A DNA stretch of 64,000 nt, taken from positions 24,244,001 to 24,308,000 of the forward strand of contig OZ076409.1 of NCBI GenBank assembly GCA_964187785.1, in the 5' to 3' direction. Below, one piece after another: positions 11,701 through 26,700 of the stretch. A program made the position numbers and the translations under genes. The DNA comes from Amphiscolops sp. MND2022. Taxonomy: Eukaryota. Positions within the stretch are counted from its first letter, which is position 1, and every line of letters begins with the position of its first letter. Under the pieces are notes generated by a model that was given only the letters and a program-made list of their open reading frames with translations, was not told the DNA's origin and did no database searches.

Positions 11701-14700
11701 GAGAATTAAAGCCGATAGCGTTCGGTAGTAGATTTCTCAACGACAGCGAAAAGAATTATTCGATCGGAGAACTTTAACTATTAGCAGTTGTATGGGGATT
11801 AGAAAAATTCTGTTTTTACCTATACGGAAAAAAGGTGTTTTTATACACCGATCACCAAGCATTAGAACCCCTAATTAAACGAAATAGATACAACAAACAA
11901 TACAGCGCAAGACTAACCAAATGGTTACACCGGCTAGCACATTTCGATATCTCAATGCCACTAATAGCCGGAAGCAACCTGAAATTCACGGACTACTTAA
12001 GCCGCAATCCGGTAGAGGGCGCCACGACCGAAAACATATACGATGAACAATACGTAATAAATACTCTCACGGAACAAGTCGAAATGAATTTGAAATACGG
12101 AAGAGTTTTCACGAACCAATTAGAGCGCGCACTGAACACAAAAATTACGCACGACTGTAAATTGAGCGGCCAATCAGAAACGAATAGAACATTCGAGAAA
12201 AACCGACACGTGAACAAAACAAACGAACAAACGGAAACCAGTCCAAAGAGTGACGCGATAGAATTCAAACGCCAAGAAGCTTTACCATCACATAATCATT
12301 TGAAATCAGCAACAGCATCAATCGAAGAAGAAATGGACCGCGATTACTTTCATTGGGGCGCAACTGCCGAAATTATGCAACTTTTACAACGGAGAGAAAA
12401 GAGTCCGGAAACTCGAAGATTAGTGGAGAGAAGACTAGAGATCGCTAGACTCGGCACAATGAGAAGAAGATATGACCAGAATGCCCAACGAACAATCTTT
12501 GTCCCATCCCGACCGAATAAAAGGAGTAGGGAAGAAATTGCCGAAATAGACGGACAATTGATACAGCGGGCAAACAAGCTGGGAGGAGGATACCAACCCC
12601 TACAAGCAATTAGAGAAGAACAGGAACAAATCCCGATGGAAGAACAATTGCCGGAAGAACAATCAAATGACCCGGAGAGTGAAGGAGAGAGCCAAATTAT
12701 ACGCGGAGACAACCTACCAATTGTTGATCTAAAGAACTACAACACGGAAGGGAAAGAGGCGCACTACGTGCAAATCAACCAAATAATCGAAGTGGTCACC
12801 GAAGGAAAGAACGTCACCGAAGAAACAATTAAGAAAGCGAAAATGCACTTCATGCTGGACCTGAAAAGCCTAATTGCAAAATCGGCAACGGACGCTGAAC
12901 TAAACCGGGTAAAACTAGCACTAACGAGAGAAGACCGCAGCATGGCGCCCGAACAATATCGACAACAATTTGAAAACATCTCAACAAGATGGGGACTAAC
13001 TTTCGTAAACGTCAAAATAATTGTACCAACCGAACTCCGAAAGAAGCTATTGAACACTTTACACTTTGGACATGCGGGAACTACCAAAATGACAGCAGAA
13101 GCAAAAATCTTTTGGTGGCCAAATATTACCAAAGATATTGAACAAAAAGTCAAAATTTGTATAGCCTGCTTATCATCCGGTAAGAATTTAAAATAACAAT
13201 TACCGAAAAACGAAATTGGAAAATTAAAAACACTTACCGAACCGGGACAAGAAATTCAAATCGATTTTACCGGAAAATTACACAATAAAAAATTGAACAG
13301 AGAGAACCAGCTACTATTTGCGGTAGATAGATTTAGCAATTGGCCGACCGTAAAAATTTGCAAAACAGCCCAAACGAAAGAAGTGATTAATTTCATAAAA
13401 CAAAACTTTAATTTGTACGGAATACCGGAAAAAATTAAATCGGATAAAGGCGGAGCATTTGTTTCAAAAGATTACATTGAATTTTGTAAATCGAAAAACA
13501 TTGAAATAGAATACTGCACACCGAGAATACATACCGGTACGGGAGCAGTAGAACGCGCAATACAAACCATGAAGAACTTAATAGTGGCTAATTTAGAAGA
13601 CAATTTATGCCTGACCGAATGTGTAAATAGAGCATTGAAAGTAATGCGATTCACAGTACACACCGGATTAAAATTAACGCCATTCGAACTACACCACGGT
13701 AGAAAGCCGCGAACAGAATTAACCAATCTGGTTAAAGACGGTAAATCATTTCTCTCTGGTTGGACGGAACTATCTGTTTCAGCTGAAAGAAAACCAAAAC
13801 TCCCAATCTATGTATCGAGGGATGAAGAGGGGGATGTAACAAATTATCTGGTCATGGCAAAAAACCAAAGCCGAAGAAAAGGCGGTGGACAAACAACCGA
13901 AAAAGAATAATTCGGTTAGTGAATATCCCTTTATATTTGTAGAAAAAAACTACAATAGAAAATCACTAGAAGGAAAATTTCAAAAAAAAATTCGAATCGC
14001 GGTAAGCGGAACCGAACATACCGTAACCACCGAGAGTGGAAGAATAATTCACCGAAAACACATTTCGGGACCAATTGTATTTCAGACCGAAAAGAAGAAA
14101 GAACGGGCACCGCAAATCGGAGACAAAATTACACCGAAGAATCGACACTGTCTCCGACGCGTCGACGGGAAATACATTCAGTGGAATGAAATACTCCGCG
14201 ACATACTGAATTGAAAATTGAAAATCATGCAAAACCGGACACATAAATCCGAATCGGAGTCAGAAAGCGAGGAGGATAAAATTGACGAGGAAAGCGACTT
14301 CGAGATGGAAAATCCGGATACGTCCGAAAAAAACGGGTACAAGCCGATCAACACAAATCCCGAAGACGAATTGAGACTACCTACTGACGGTGAAATGCCT
14401 ACCGGTGAGGATGAAAATAAATTTCTAGAAACCGAAAAATCATCTGTTAGAAGGTCAAGCCGAAAATGTAGTCAACCGAATTTGTACGGGGGAGTGCGAT
14501 AAACAAAAAACTCCTGGTTATGAAAAATAAAAGGTATGCTCTGTTTCAGGAAATAACCAAAGTAGTTTAGAACCAGCACTGCCGAAACCAGCTGATTTCC
14601 AAAGAGAAATGAGCCCAATGCCGGGAACTTCCACGATGTGAAAGAGAAGCCCAGAAGGGGGGGGAATGTCATACGGTGATATACCGCGTCCGAATTATTT

Positions 14701-17700
14701 GGTTCAATGAAGTGCCAATCAAACTGAAAATGAACATATACCAACAAACTATAAATGTTCCTCTTTCTGTTTATACATATTTATATACATATGTACACTA
14801 GATTAGTTTCGTAAGGAACCATTGTTGTTAACGTAAATTTACGAAACAGTTTGGCATCAGAGAATAGAAATCAGTACTGACATTGTTTTCTTATATCTTA
14901 CCAAAGCAGAAATAGAACATGGTTGCCTTCACTCTCATCTTTAGGGTACTGTCTGTACACAATCCTTATGTAACTTAGTTGACTTGAAACCTGGGAAACT
15001 ATCACTTGGGAGAATTTCACTTAACACAGTTCGGCGATGTTGAATATGCAATCCTTGCAAGATGTTGAAAGGAAAAAATATTCTGAGAAGAATCTATCAA
15101 GGAAACTGATTCCAACCCAACAAACCCCAATTAATTCACGCAGCCCAGCCACTCCGTCCCTCAAAACTATCGTTTCCATTTTGATTGAAACAACTCTGGT
15201 CTTGAAAGTTAACACGAGCCGGAAACGCCTCAAGACGGCTCCCCGCTAAAGACTCAAGAACCGAACTCTTTCCAAAGAGCTGAGTGGCTATTTTTAAACT
15301 TTTCAGAACCTCACAGGGTCAAAACTCAAATGCGGGACCTTCTTTTTACTTCAAGTGAAAGCGACAAAAAATCAAAGGGGTTAACACCAAAAACTTGATA
15401 CTCTTCTTGCATGAATAAATTTTATGTAGTTTGTTTGCGAATGCTCCACAATACTACTTGCAATTAGGTGCGAAATCAAACACAAAAACGGGATTTAAAA
15501 AACCGACTTCGAATTTGGCAAAACAGCTGGTTTCCTGAAACAGTTAATGCAAAGGGCTTGGGAAGCAAAAATTTCATGGGATGATCACCTCCCTTCCGAA
15601 CTTGCCGACCAATATTTGAAGTGGAGAACGAAATTGATCTCTTTAAAGGATGTGGAATTGCAACGATTCGTATTACTTGATGGATTCTCGGACAAGATTG
15701 AGTTGCATCTCTTCTGTGATGCATCAGAAAGGGCTAATGCCGCTTGTATTTATATTGTTGCCACAGATTCTCATGGCAGGCGGAAGTCATCCCTGCTTGT
15801 TGCCAAAACCAAGGTAGCCCCCGTGAAAACACAATCTGTTCCGAGATTAGAATTATGTGCTGCTTTGCTAGGCACTAGGTTATATCAGTCTGTCAGAAAC
15901 CTTCGCGTGGACTGATTCAACAATAGTTCTGTGTTGGTTGTCAAAAAAACCACCTCGCTGGTCAACTTTTGTTTCAAACAGACGTAGAGAAATTCAAAGT
16001 GAAAACAAATTGAATTGGAATCATATGTGTTCCGAGGATAATCCTGCGGGTCCTGCATCTCGAGGAATTAACACTGACGAAAAAAACCAACATGACCTAT
16101 GGTGGAATGGTCGAAAGTGGTTAATAACAGGGGAATTTCCGAAATCATTGTCAATTGTTGAAACATCTGAAGAGTTGAAAAAGTCGACTCTAACAACTGG
16201 AATTACCAGTCTTCATACCTCCGTGGCTCACAGGGATACCAAAAGGGATGTTATTGATTTGTCGAGGTTTAACTCCTTATACAAAGTCCTCCGAATTCTT
16301 GCTTACGCTAGACGTTTCATTGACAAACTGAATAAGAACGTGGTTGTTTTACCAAGTTACACTACTACCCCAGAGTTAACAGAGTCAATCATAATTTTGA
16401 TTCGCCAAGAACAAAGGAAACGATATTCGGAAAACATCCGAACTCTAGAAGTTGCACAACAAGTTAAGCCCAAGAGTCAAATCTGCAAATTATAACCGTT
16501 TCTCGATAATGGCATGCTTTGTATCGGAGGAAGATCAGTCCCTTCAAAGTTGCCCTAAGAAAGCAAGTTTCAAAGACTAAATCCTCAAGACAGTCACCTC
16601 GCACGTCTAATTGTATTGAATTCTCACCAGCTGACACCCCATGGTGGGACTAGTCAAACAATTGCTCATATTAGAACTCGTTTCTGGATTCCCAGTTGTA
16701 GAAATTTGGTTCGAAAAAAGATAATGAATTGTGTCAATTGTAATCGCTTCAACTCGAAGCCAGATTTCCCCTTGATGGGAGATCTTCCAAAGACAAAAGT
16801 TGACCCTCCTATAAAAAACTTTAACGACGTGGGCCTAGACTTTGCTGGTCTTTTCCTTTGTAGGAAATCTCCGAAATCTCATGAGAAACCCTACCTAGCA
16901 CTTTTTGTGTGCTTTGCCAGTAAAGCAGTTCACCAGGAACTAGTCTCTGATCTTAGTACAGCAGCATGTATTGCAGCCATTAGAAGATTCGTTTCTCGCA
17001 GAGCTTGTCCTAAAAATCTTTATAAGGTTCGGTTTGTTAGTTCGGGGGAAAAACTAGCAGACCTGCAAAAGATATTAAGGAATGAACACTGTGACTCCTT
17101 ACAGGCTGAAGCAGCAGGCTTGCACATCAAGTGGTTCTTCATCCCTCCAAGAGCTCCTGACTTTGATGGCCTTTGGGAATCAGCAATCAAGTGTGCAAAG
17201 ATACATCTCGAACAGTTATGAAAACAAAGTTCTGTCCTTTGATGAATTATGTACTCTACTTTGTCAAATTGAGATGATTTTGAATTCAAGACCAATCTGC
17301 CCATTATCAGAAGATCCAAATGACGAGTTTTTCCTAACTCCTGCTCATTTCTGCTTGGGTGGAATGTTGGAGAATCTACCCTTGAGCCAAACTACTAATG
17401 ATTTGAAAAATCCTGACAGTACACATTCACTCACAAAAAGATGGATACAAATACAGAAAATGGTCTCTCGTTTTTGGAAAAGATGAGTCAAAGAATATGT
17501 ACTCTCCCTGCAAGAAAGAAATAAATGGAGACTAGAAACTTCTAATTTGAAAGTTGGTGATATTGTTTTTGTAATTGATGACAAGGTTCCCCCACTACAG
17601 TGGCCATTGGCTAAAATCCAACATGTCTACACCAACCCAGACAAGTTTGTGAGAGTCGTAAAAATAAAAACTGCAACAGGAATCTACAATCGACCGGTGC

Positions 17701-20700
17701 ATAAATTGAAGAAAATGTTTGATGCTAATTTCAAGGATGATTTCAAATGACTTTGTTCCCTAACCTTATATTTCTTCTACTGGGCCTTATTTTATTGCGC
17801 TTGCGTGTTCAACGCTTCTGTTAATTTCTTCCCTGCGAAATCAAGGCAGGCGGTTTTATGTTCTGAATGGAATTTTAATTGAAATCGATGAATCATTCCT
17901 TCAAATAATTGACTTCAAATTATAGTTCAAAATTGAAAAGCATACATGTATCTTGGATGAATATTTCCTTCCGCATTTTGTAAATATTTTCACATGTGTT
18001 TTTTGTTTCCCCGCAACCTGTGTGTTTTAATTGCTAGACACAAATCTTCCGGAAATAATAATTTTTCCTATTTTAATCATTTTTTGGCTGATCGAGCGGC
18101 CTTGTCCGCCATTAGAAGAGTAGGGCTATCGGTGAGACACAATTTCAAATCATTTTACTTCTTGTTCCATTTCTTTTCCAGAGATCTGTACCACCCAAGG
18201 AGCAGTTATTATATATTTTTTAATTTGAACTTGTACACAGCCTTTTATAAGGAAAGCCTTCTTTTCTCTTATATAAAGGAAATTCAGTGTTTTTTCTTAT
18301 GCACCTTGCTTTCATAATGTTGCAGGCTTTCATTGTTTTCAAGGTACTGAATGTTTACTTGCTTTCAAGTTATAATTGAAAATCATCCTTGTATTTGCCC
18401 GAGTCGACAACCCAGGGAAATCCATCGGTGGCCACCGATCTTCCACCACAGTTCTATCGGTGGCCACATCGGTGGCCGTAACAGTTTTGGCGGAGGCCAC
18501 CGATGGGCTATCGGTGGGGATCGGAGGGAAAGCCTCCACGTAATCTAATTTTCCCTCATCGGGGGCCATCGGTGGTCCACTACTGGCCAGTGGTGGGTTG
18601 CCATGGGTTGTCAGTACGGGTGATTGTGAAGTACAGCCTTGTGAAAGAACAGTAAAAAAAGTAGTGTTTTTTAAAAGATACTTAGGACAGGCTCATGTAA
18701 ATTTCTGTATTATTCGGACGAATTCAGCCCTTTTAATGTTTTGTTGAACCACTTTACAAGAATTTAATACTACAAAGTAGGAACTTGGGTCTATGTGTCG
18801 TTTCTGATTTCATAGCGATGAATCGTGAATAGATTCACAAAACATTTCTGAAACATCGCTTCTTTGAAACTTTATTCCTTTCGCTGAGTGCGTAGTTCGT
18901 AAGGGAACACTAATGTATAAGTGTATAATAACAATGTGTATTTTATTGTAAAATCTTATTTGGCAAGAAAAAAATCTGAAAGGAAGTCAACAACTATCAA
19001 CATTTTTGCAGATTTATATTGTTAGACATTAAAATTTTCTGTTACCAAGGTATAAAACTTGATTGAAGAGTCTGTATGCTGTTTATTTAGGGTTGGACAG
19101 AACAAATTGTTCTATCAATTGCAGAACGCCGCCAACAACAGCGTCAAAAAGCCTCGAGCTGAATCATTGCTCAAAAGAGGCAATGATCGCTGTTACCAGC
19201 AGTAATCAGACTGCTGAAGCATGCTCAAAGAAAGCTGGAGATATGAACTTGCAAACAATTTCCGGCTTTCTTAGCGTTCCCCGTATAACTTCCGATAGTG
19301 GCTTTGGGCGTTTGAGACCATTTTTCTCCGTCTCTGGAATCGACAGGAGTAATAAGTTACATGTTTTCAAAAGTCCTTGAAATGAGCGTTCATTTGGTAC
19401 ATTTGCATTGCTCAATCTTAAACAGGTGAGGAGTTATTAGGATTCTCGTCAGAATTTCGGAAGCCAGAACACGGTATCGTAATTTTTCGCACATTTTTGC
19501 ATGCAAATTTATTTCAGCGGGTTGAAGCATTTTGATTATGAAAACGAGTAGAAATAGTCGTTGTTCGGTGAAATGAGCCTCTAGATTGAGTCTCGGCTGC
19601 TTGTACCGAAGGTATGGTGTTTTTTATAATCTTAGATTTTTGTCCATTAAGGTGGAACCTACTTGTCGTAATCAACTACTGTAACGATGAAGGCCATTTT
19701 CTCGATTGTGACGCAGTCTACTTCGAATATGAAAGACTCGTTAAAAACAGGGAACGTCGTTCTTTTCATCACTTGGGTCTTGCGCTTCCGGTGTCTTTTT
19801 GAGTTAATCATCTGCCACACTTTGACGTAAGGGTCTGAAACATTAGAAACATAAATAGAACTTTTCGAGGGATGAACCTACCAGGTTCTACATAAAGAAT
19901 TATAAATATATGAGCACAACCCAGTAGTATAGTAAATAAGATAAATAGTAATAAAATTATAAAAGAGAGTGACGAAAGATTGCCTGCCAAAAGGAGACTT
20001 TTGTGAGCGGAAAACTCTTTTTTTTCCGTGACTGAACACACTGAGAAAAGTAAAAAGTGCAAAAATTGTATATGTACCCTTTAGAAATACTTTCGGCACT
20101 GTGCGACTTTTTGGAAATTTTTCGAAAACATTTTTTGAGTATACTCAATAAAATAACTAAACTCATGGATCACTTTTCGAAATATGATACGTGATCTTTT
20201 CATATTTCTCTACATGAACTAATTAATTGTTCTATGAATGCTTGAAATGTTTAACTGTTTAAATTAACCTTGTAAAGTTTTTACTTGTAATCAGTCCTTC
20301 CACTGAATTAGAACTAAATCGGGTTGAAAAGATTCAGTTTCAGTTACTGGGTCAAGCCATTTAGTCTGGTGCAAATTGAAACTGCTATTTCAATCTATAC
20401 TAACTTCGGCTTATTGTTCGCAATTCAGCAGAATTATTGTTTCAATAGAATAATTTTCAATAGTCCAAAGCAGTCTTTCAGTGGGCGAGTAATCATTAAC
20501 AAGCTGTGTTTGGTTACCTAATGCTCAAAACAACAAAGTCTTTTGAATATGCTCAATTGGGGTTTTTAAGTAATAAAAAAATCACATTGCGAAAATATCC
20601 AAAAGGGAGGCCTCCCATATTCTCACAGGAAGCATGTTCAGTAATTGCAGTTATCAATAGTATTTTACTTCATGATCATGTATATGAATTTTCTATTCAT

Positions 20701-23700
20701 TAGCGTAGAAGCAAAATCTTTCAGCTAAAACACAAAAACAAATTCCTTATGAAAGCAATTCAAAGAATTTTTGCAAGTAACAGAATTTTTTCTATTGTTA
20801 GGAATGAGGTATTATCCCTATGGAGAGATATGAGCGGAATTAACATGAGATTTAACAGATGAAAATCTTTTTATTACACAACTCAAGCTTTTTCATAGTT
20901 TTTTTGAAGACGAAAAAAGAAGCTTTTCCTCAATAGCTAGTAATTTGACTCACTTATTCAAGTTAATCAAACAAATGGCTTATTCACAAAATACAACAAA
21001 ATTTACTAGAGACTATAAAGCAAGAGAAATCTATCGAAAATCTTCGTTTTGATGACAGGAAAAATCCGCAAAACGTTGAAATAGTAAATAGACAGTTTGA
21101 TGTAAGATACGATGAACATATAATAGCCGCCAGTTTCACTTTTTATTGCAGCTTTTTGAAGTAAACATTCACATTAAACACAAAAGCAATTAAGACTATC
21201 CTTTTTAATCCACTTTGAAGCGCAGTAAATTGCCAAAATTAAACTTCTGATAATGAAACTAAAACTTGAAAAAAAAATTCACCGACATTTGTGCTATGTA
21301 GCAAATTTTTTTTATTATGCTTTTCCCTAGTAAAATCGAACGTTTTTGATATTATTCACTTTCTTGCAACAAAGCTGGCCGAATTCAAAAAACAATCTAT
21401 ACTTCATTTACGTCCAAATACATAAGCCAAACTAAACATGTTAAATCTAGCAACGCGTTTTTCAGGGAAACTAGTCATCTTGAAAGATCGAGAGAAGCAG
21501 GAGTTCCACACAATTTTTGAACTCCTAAACTACAAGGCGTCCGATGAGCACAGGAATATTTTCCATTGTTCCAGCAACGACATTTTTCGAAAATATTCCA
21601 GCGCTATAACCAATAATCGTATGCAAACAACAACAGGTTGAAGCTTGCATAAAAATTCAATTTTGACCTTTTGCTTATTTGGCACTTCATATTTCAAGTA
21701 ATTTGAAAAACAATTTAAAGTAGCTATTTTTTTCTCATTGAACTCTGAGGGAACTCATGACACACACACACCTTTGGTTCGAACCAGACGTTGTGAAACG
21801 GATTTTCTTCAATTAGCATGTTTTACAAAAGTTATAATACTTTTTTGTATAGCTTTCATACATTAACATCGTTCATATTTGTATTTAAAATCTAATTTAT
21901 GATCACTAGCTAGCTATGATTTCAGCTAGCTTTCCACAAAATTGGTAAATTGAAAATCATTTTTGTTAGTTTTCATGGGTTCCTGAACACAATCAGAACA
22001 TTCTGTAAAATCAGAATTGAGTCTGAAACATGGAATTTTCTCACAAAAATTCAACGTTGACACGACTCGGAACTGCGTCTTACTTTGTAGACCTCTCATG
22101 CTACAGTATAATTGTAACGGTACCCTCTAGTACACAAAAAAGAGTAACCGAGCAAGGACAAAAAACAGTCACCAACAGAGACACCCAGAGACTGTCAAAC
22201 TTCTGAGAAAATACTCTTTTACATGAGCTAATACACAGTTTTCTTAAGTAGCAAACACCGCAAAATGAGTCTTTTTGCATAATTTACGAATCTGTGTCTG
22301 TGGTGCCTCAGCTTACGAGCTGAATGTGGATGTTGTCGAACAATTATTATGGACGTGATTGTTGTACATTGTTGTGATTTTATGGCTACACTTATTCAAG
22401 TTAATCAAACAAATGGCTTATTCACAAAATACAACAAAATTTACTAGAGACTATAAAGCAAGAGAAATCTATCGAAAATCTTCGTTTTGATGACAGGAAA
22501 AATCCGCAAAACGTTGAAATAGTAAAAGACAGTTTGATGTAAGATACGATGAACATATAAAAGCCGCCAGTTTCACTTTTTATTGCAGCTTTTTGAAGTA
22601 AACATTCACATTAAACACAAAAGCAATTAAGACTATCCTTTTTAATCCACTTTGAAGCGCAGTAAATTGCCAAAATTAAACTTCTGATAATGAAACTAAA
22701 ACTTGAAAAAGAAATTCACCGACATTTGTGCTATGTAGCAAATTTTTTTTATTATGCTTTTCCCTAGTAAAATCGAACGTTTTTGATATTATTCACTTTC
22801 TTGCAACAAAGCTGGCCGAATTCAAAAAACAATCTATACTTCATTTACGTCCAAATACATAAGCCAAACTAAACATGTTAAATCTAGCAACGCGTTTTTC
22901 AGGGAAACTAGTCATCTTGAAAGATCGAGAGAAGCAGGAGTTCCACACAATTTTTGAACTCCTAAACTACAAGGCGTCCGATGAGCACAGGAATATTTTC
23001 CATTGTTCCAGCAACGACATTTTTCGAAAATATTCCAGCGCTATAACCAATAATCGTATGCAAACAACAACAGGTTGAAGCTTGCATAAAAATTCAATTT
23101 TGACCTTTTGCTTATTTGGCACTTCATATTTCAAGTAATTTGAAAAACAATTTAAAGTAGCTATTTTTTTCTCATTGAACTCTGAGGGAACTCATGACAC
23201 ACACACACCTTTGGTTCGAACCAGACGTTGTGAAACGGATTTTCTTCAATTAGCATGTTTTACAAAAGTTATAATACTTTTTTGTATAGCTTTCATACAT
23301 TAACATCGTTCATATTTGTATTTAAAATCTAATTTATGATCACTAGCTAGCTATGATTTCAGCTAGCTTTCCACAAAATTGGTAAATTGAAAATCATTTT
23401 TGTTAGTTTTCATGGGTTCCTGAACACAATCAGAACATTCTGTAAAATCAGAATTGAGTCTGAAACATGGAATTTTCTCACAAAAATTCAACGTTGACAC
23501 GACTCGGAACTGCGTCTTACTTTGTAGACCTCTCATGCTACAGTATAATTGTAACGGTACCCTCTAGTACACAAAAAAGAGTAACCAAGCAAGGACAAAA
23601 AACAGTCACCAACAGAGACACCCAGAGACTGTCAAACTTCTGAGAAAATACTCTTTTACATGAGCTAATACACAGTTTTCTTAAGTAGCAAACACCGCAA

Positions 23701-26700
23701 AATGAGTCTTTTTGCATAATTTACGAATCTGTGTCTGTGGTGCCTCAGCTTACGAGCTGAATGTGGATGTTGTCGAACAATTATTATGGACGTGATTGTT
23801 GTACATTGTTGTGATTTTATGGCTACACTTATTCAAGTTAATCAAACAAATGGCTTATTCACAAAATACAACAAAATTTACTAGAGACTATAAAGCAAGA
23901 GAAATCTATCGAAAATCTTCGTTTTGATGACAGGAAAAATCCGCAAAACGTTGAAATAGTAAATAGACAGTTTGATGTAAGATACGATGAACATATAAAA
24001 GCCGCCAGTTTCACTTTTTATTGCAGCTTTTTGAAGTAAACATTCACATTAAACACAAAAGCAATTAAGACTATCCTTTTTAATCCACTTTGAAGCGCAG
24101 TAAATTGCCAAAATTAAACTTCTGATAATGAAACTAAAACTTGAAAAAAAAATTCACCGACATTTGTGCTATGTAGCAAATTTTTTTTATTATGCTTTTC
24201 CCTAGTAAAATCGAACGTTTTTGATATTATTCACTTTCTTGCAACAAAGCTGGCCGAATTCAAAAAACAATCTATACTTCATTTACGTCCAAATACATAA
24301 GCCAAACTAAACATGTTAAATCTAGCAACGCGTTTTTCAGGGAAACTAGTCATCTTGAAAGATCGAGAGAAGCAGGAGTTCCACACAATTTTTGAACTCC
24401 TAAACTACAAGGCGTCCGATGAGCACAGGAATATTTTCCATTGTTCCAGCAACGACATTTTTCGAAAATATTCCAGCGCTATAACCAATATTCGTATGCA
24501 AACAACAACAGGTTGAAGCTTGCATAAAAATTCAATTTTGACCTTTTGCTTATTTGGCACTTCATCTTTCAAGTAATTTGAAAAACAATTTAAAGTAGCT
24601 ATTTTTTTCTAATTGAACTCTGAGGGAACTCATGACACACACACACCTTTGGTTCGAACCAGACGTTGTGAAACGGATTTTCTTCAATTAGCATGTTTTA
24701 CAAAAGTTATAATACTTTTTTGTATAGCTTTCATACATTAACATCGTTCATATTTGTATTTAAAATCTAATTTATGATCACTAGCTAGCTATGATTTCAG
24801 CTAGCTTTCCACAAAATTGGTAAATTGAATATCATTTTTGTTAGTTTTCATGGGTTCCTGAACACAATCAGAACATTCTGTAAAATCAGAATTGAGTCTG
24901 AAACATGGAATTTTCTCACGAAAATTCAAAGTTGACACGACTCGGAACTGCGTCTTACTTTGTAGACCTCTCATGCTACAGTATAATTGTAACGGTACCC
25001 TCTAGTACACAAAAAAGAGTAACCGAGCAAGGACAAAAAACAGTCACCAACAGAGACACCCAGAGACTGTCAAACTTCTGAGAAAATACTCTTTTACATG
25101 AGCTAATACACAGTTTTCTTAAGTAGCAAACACCGCAAAATGAGTCTTTTTGCATAATTTACGAATCTGTGCCTGTGGTGCCTCAGCTTACGAGCTGAAT
25201 GTGGATGTTGTCGAACAATTATTATGGACGTGATTGTTGTACATTGTTGTGATTTTATGGCTACTTTGGCCATTTTAGACGTTATTCCCATGTCATCCTG
25301 TATGGCGTAATTTACACTATTTCTTCTTGGGATGTTTTTAAAGGCTATATAAGCGGTGGTCCTGAAAAAGAAAACGCAAGATGACCGTTACTGGTAGCAG
25401 TTACAGATTGGGATAGGTCGCCAAATGCTCCTTAGAAGCTCCGTAGAAGCGCCTGTCCCTGGCAAATACCCATGCCATACGTTCCTCCATATTCAGAGAC
25501 GGAGAAGCGACGGTGACTGCTTGTCGTTACAAACTGAGACATCGTGGTAGATTTTGAGCGTTTCTCAATTGGTAATATCCCAAACACCCCATCCGGAAGG
25601 AAAAAAAAGGTAATACCGTCTAATACGGCGAATACAAATTAAGCCGGGTAGGTTTTTTCAGACTATTGCGACTTACCGAAGAATTTAATTTACTTTTAAA
25701 GAGAAATTTCCGAAAAAAAACAATTTGAAGACGTATTTTACCTCACAATATTTTTTAGGTTTTCTGTAAAGAAAACCCTTCTCCAATTCCTAAGGGTAAC
25801 CTCTTTGATAATTTTTGGGTCCTCCGGAACTAATGAATTTTCGATAATTGTGGAAAACAATCGTTTTTCGGCATTGTGCGAAAATGTTTTGTGTTAGCAA
25901 AGGGTAGCCCCTTCACTTTCAAAATTATTTGCAGCTTGAAAAAAGCTCCTTTTTCAGCACTTTGAGACTTTTTTCGAAAGAAATGTTTTTTGATGTTTGG
26001 GAAAAAAGCGGCGGTTTTCGAGTTTTATGTGTATCTTTCCGGGTATTTTGGCACTGTCAATTTGATAACGTTTTCACAATTGTATCACTTTACAAGATAA
26101 AAAAACATTGGATGTTTTAACCTTGAACCGGCGCCGACTTGGGCCATTCCCGGGTTGTTCACTATTGTAATGAGCAATTATATCCATTATGGGATAGGTT
26201 GCCACTTACCTTGATAACAATTCCACAGCTTGTGCCTATGGTGCTGCTTTGCACATCTAATTTTCGGCTTTCCTTTGCAACCCCCTGAGATAACCGTCTC
26301 ATCTACATGAACGTTAACGAGAGTTGTGCCTGTCATTTTGAAGTTGAACAACATAATTTACATGTTTTCTGGTCGTTTATACAATGTATTTCATACAGTC
26401 ATGAAAAAAGTTTTCGTAGAGAATGGACAAACGTTTCACGGTTTCTTTCAGTTTCTTTCCGCTATATTTTCCGTACGAATATTTTTTATAACTTTGTAAA
26501 ACACCATTTGATTCAAAAATTTAGATGCACTATGTTCAATCTGAAATCAATTTATTCAACTTGTGATAAATCTCAAATCGCTCAAGCAATTCGAGACCTA
26601 GCGACCAGAATGTACAGATCCAACAAAAAATGGCACAACATTTTGGGACTCCTGGGTATTTCAAACGGTGGATTACACCATGGAATCCAAAAAATGAAAA

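Larger units (their letters stand above)
9031..14919 (+). mobile_element. Full-length Ty3/Gypsy LTR retrotransposon (Mag-like features), disrupted
   Basis: Paired 253-bp LTRs, PBS TGGCGCAGTC at 9284, PPT at 14653-14666, flanks TGCTT/TGGTT (5-bp TSD, one mismatch), domain order gag-PR-RT-RH-IN. Confidence 0.97.

Noticed and set aside
9031..17750. Gypsy element nested inside the BEL element
   Set aside because: No BEL sequence or 5' LTR is recognisable left of 9031; only adjacency is supported.
21438..24516. Three 67-aa ORFs as a gene cluster
   Set aside because: No recognisable motif; the repetition is explained by the triplication.
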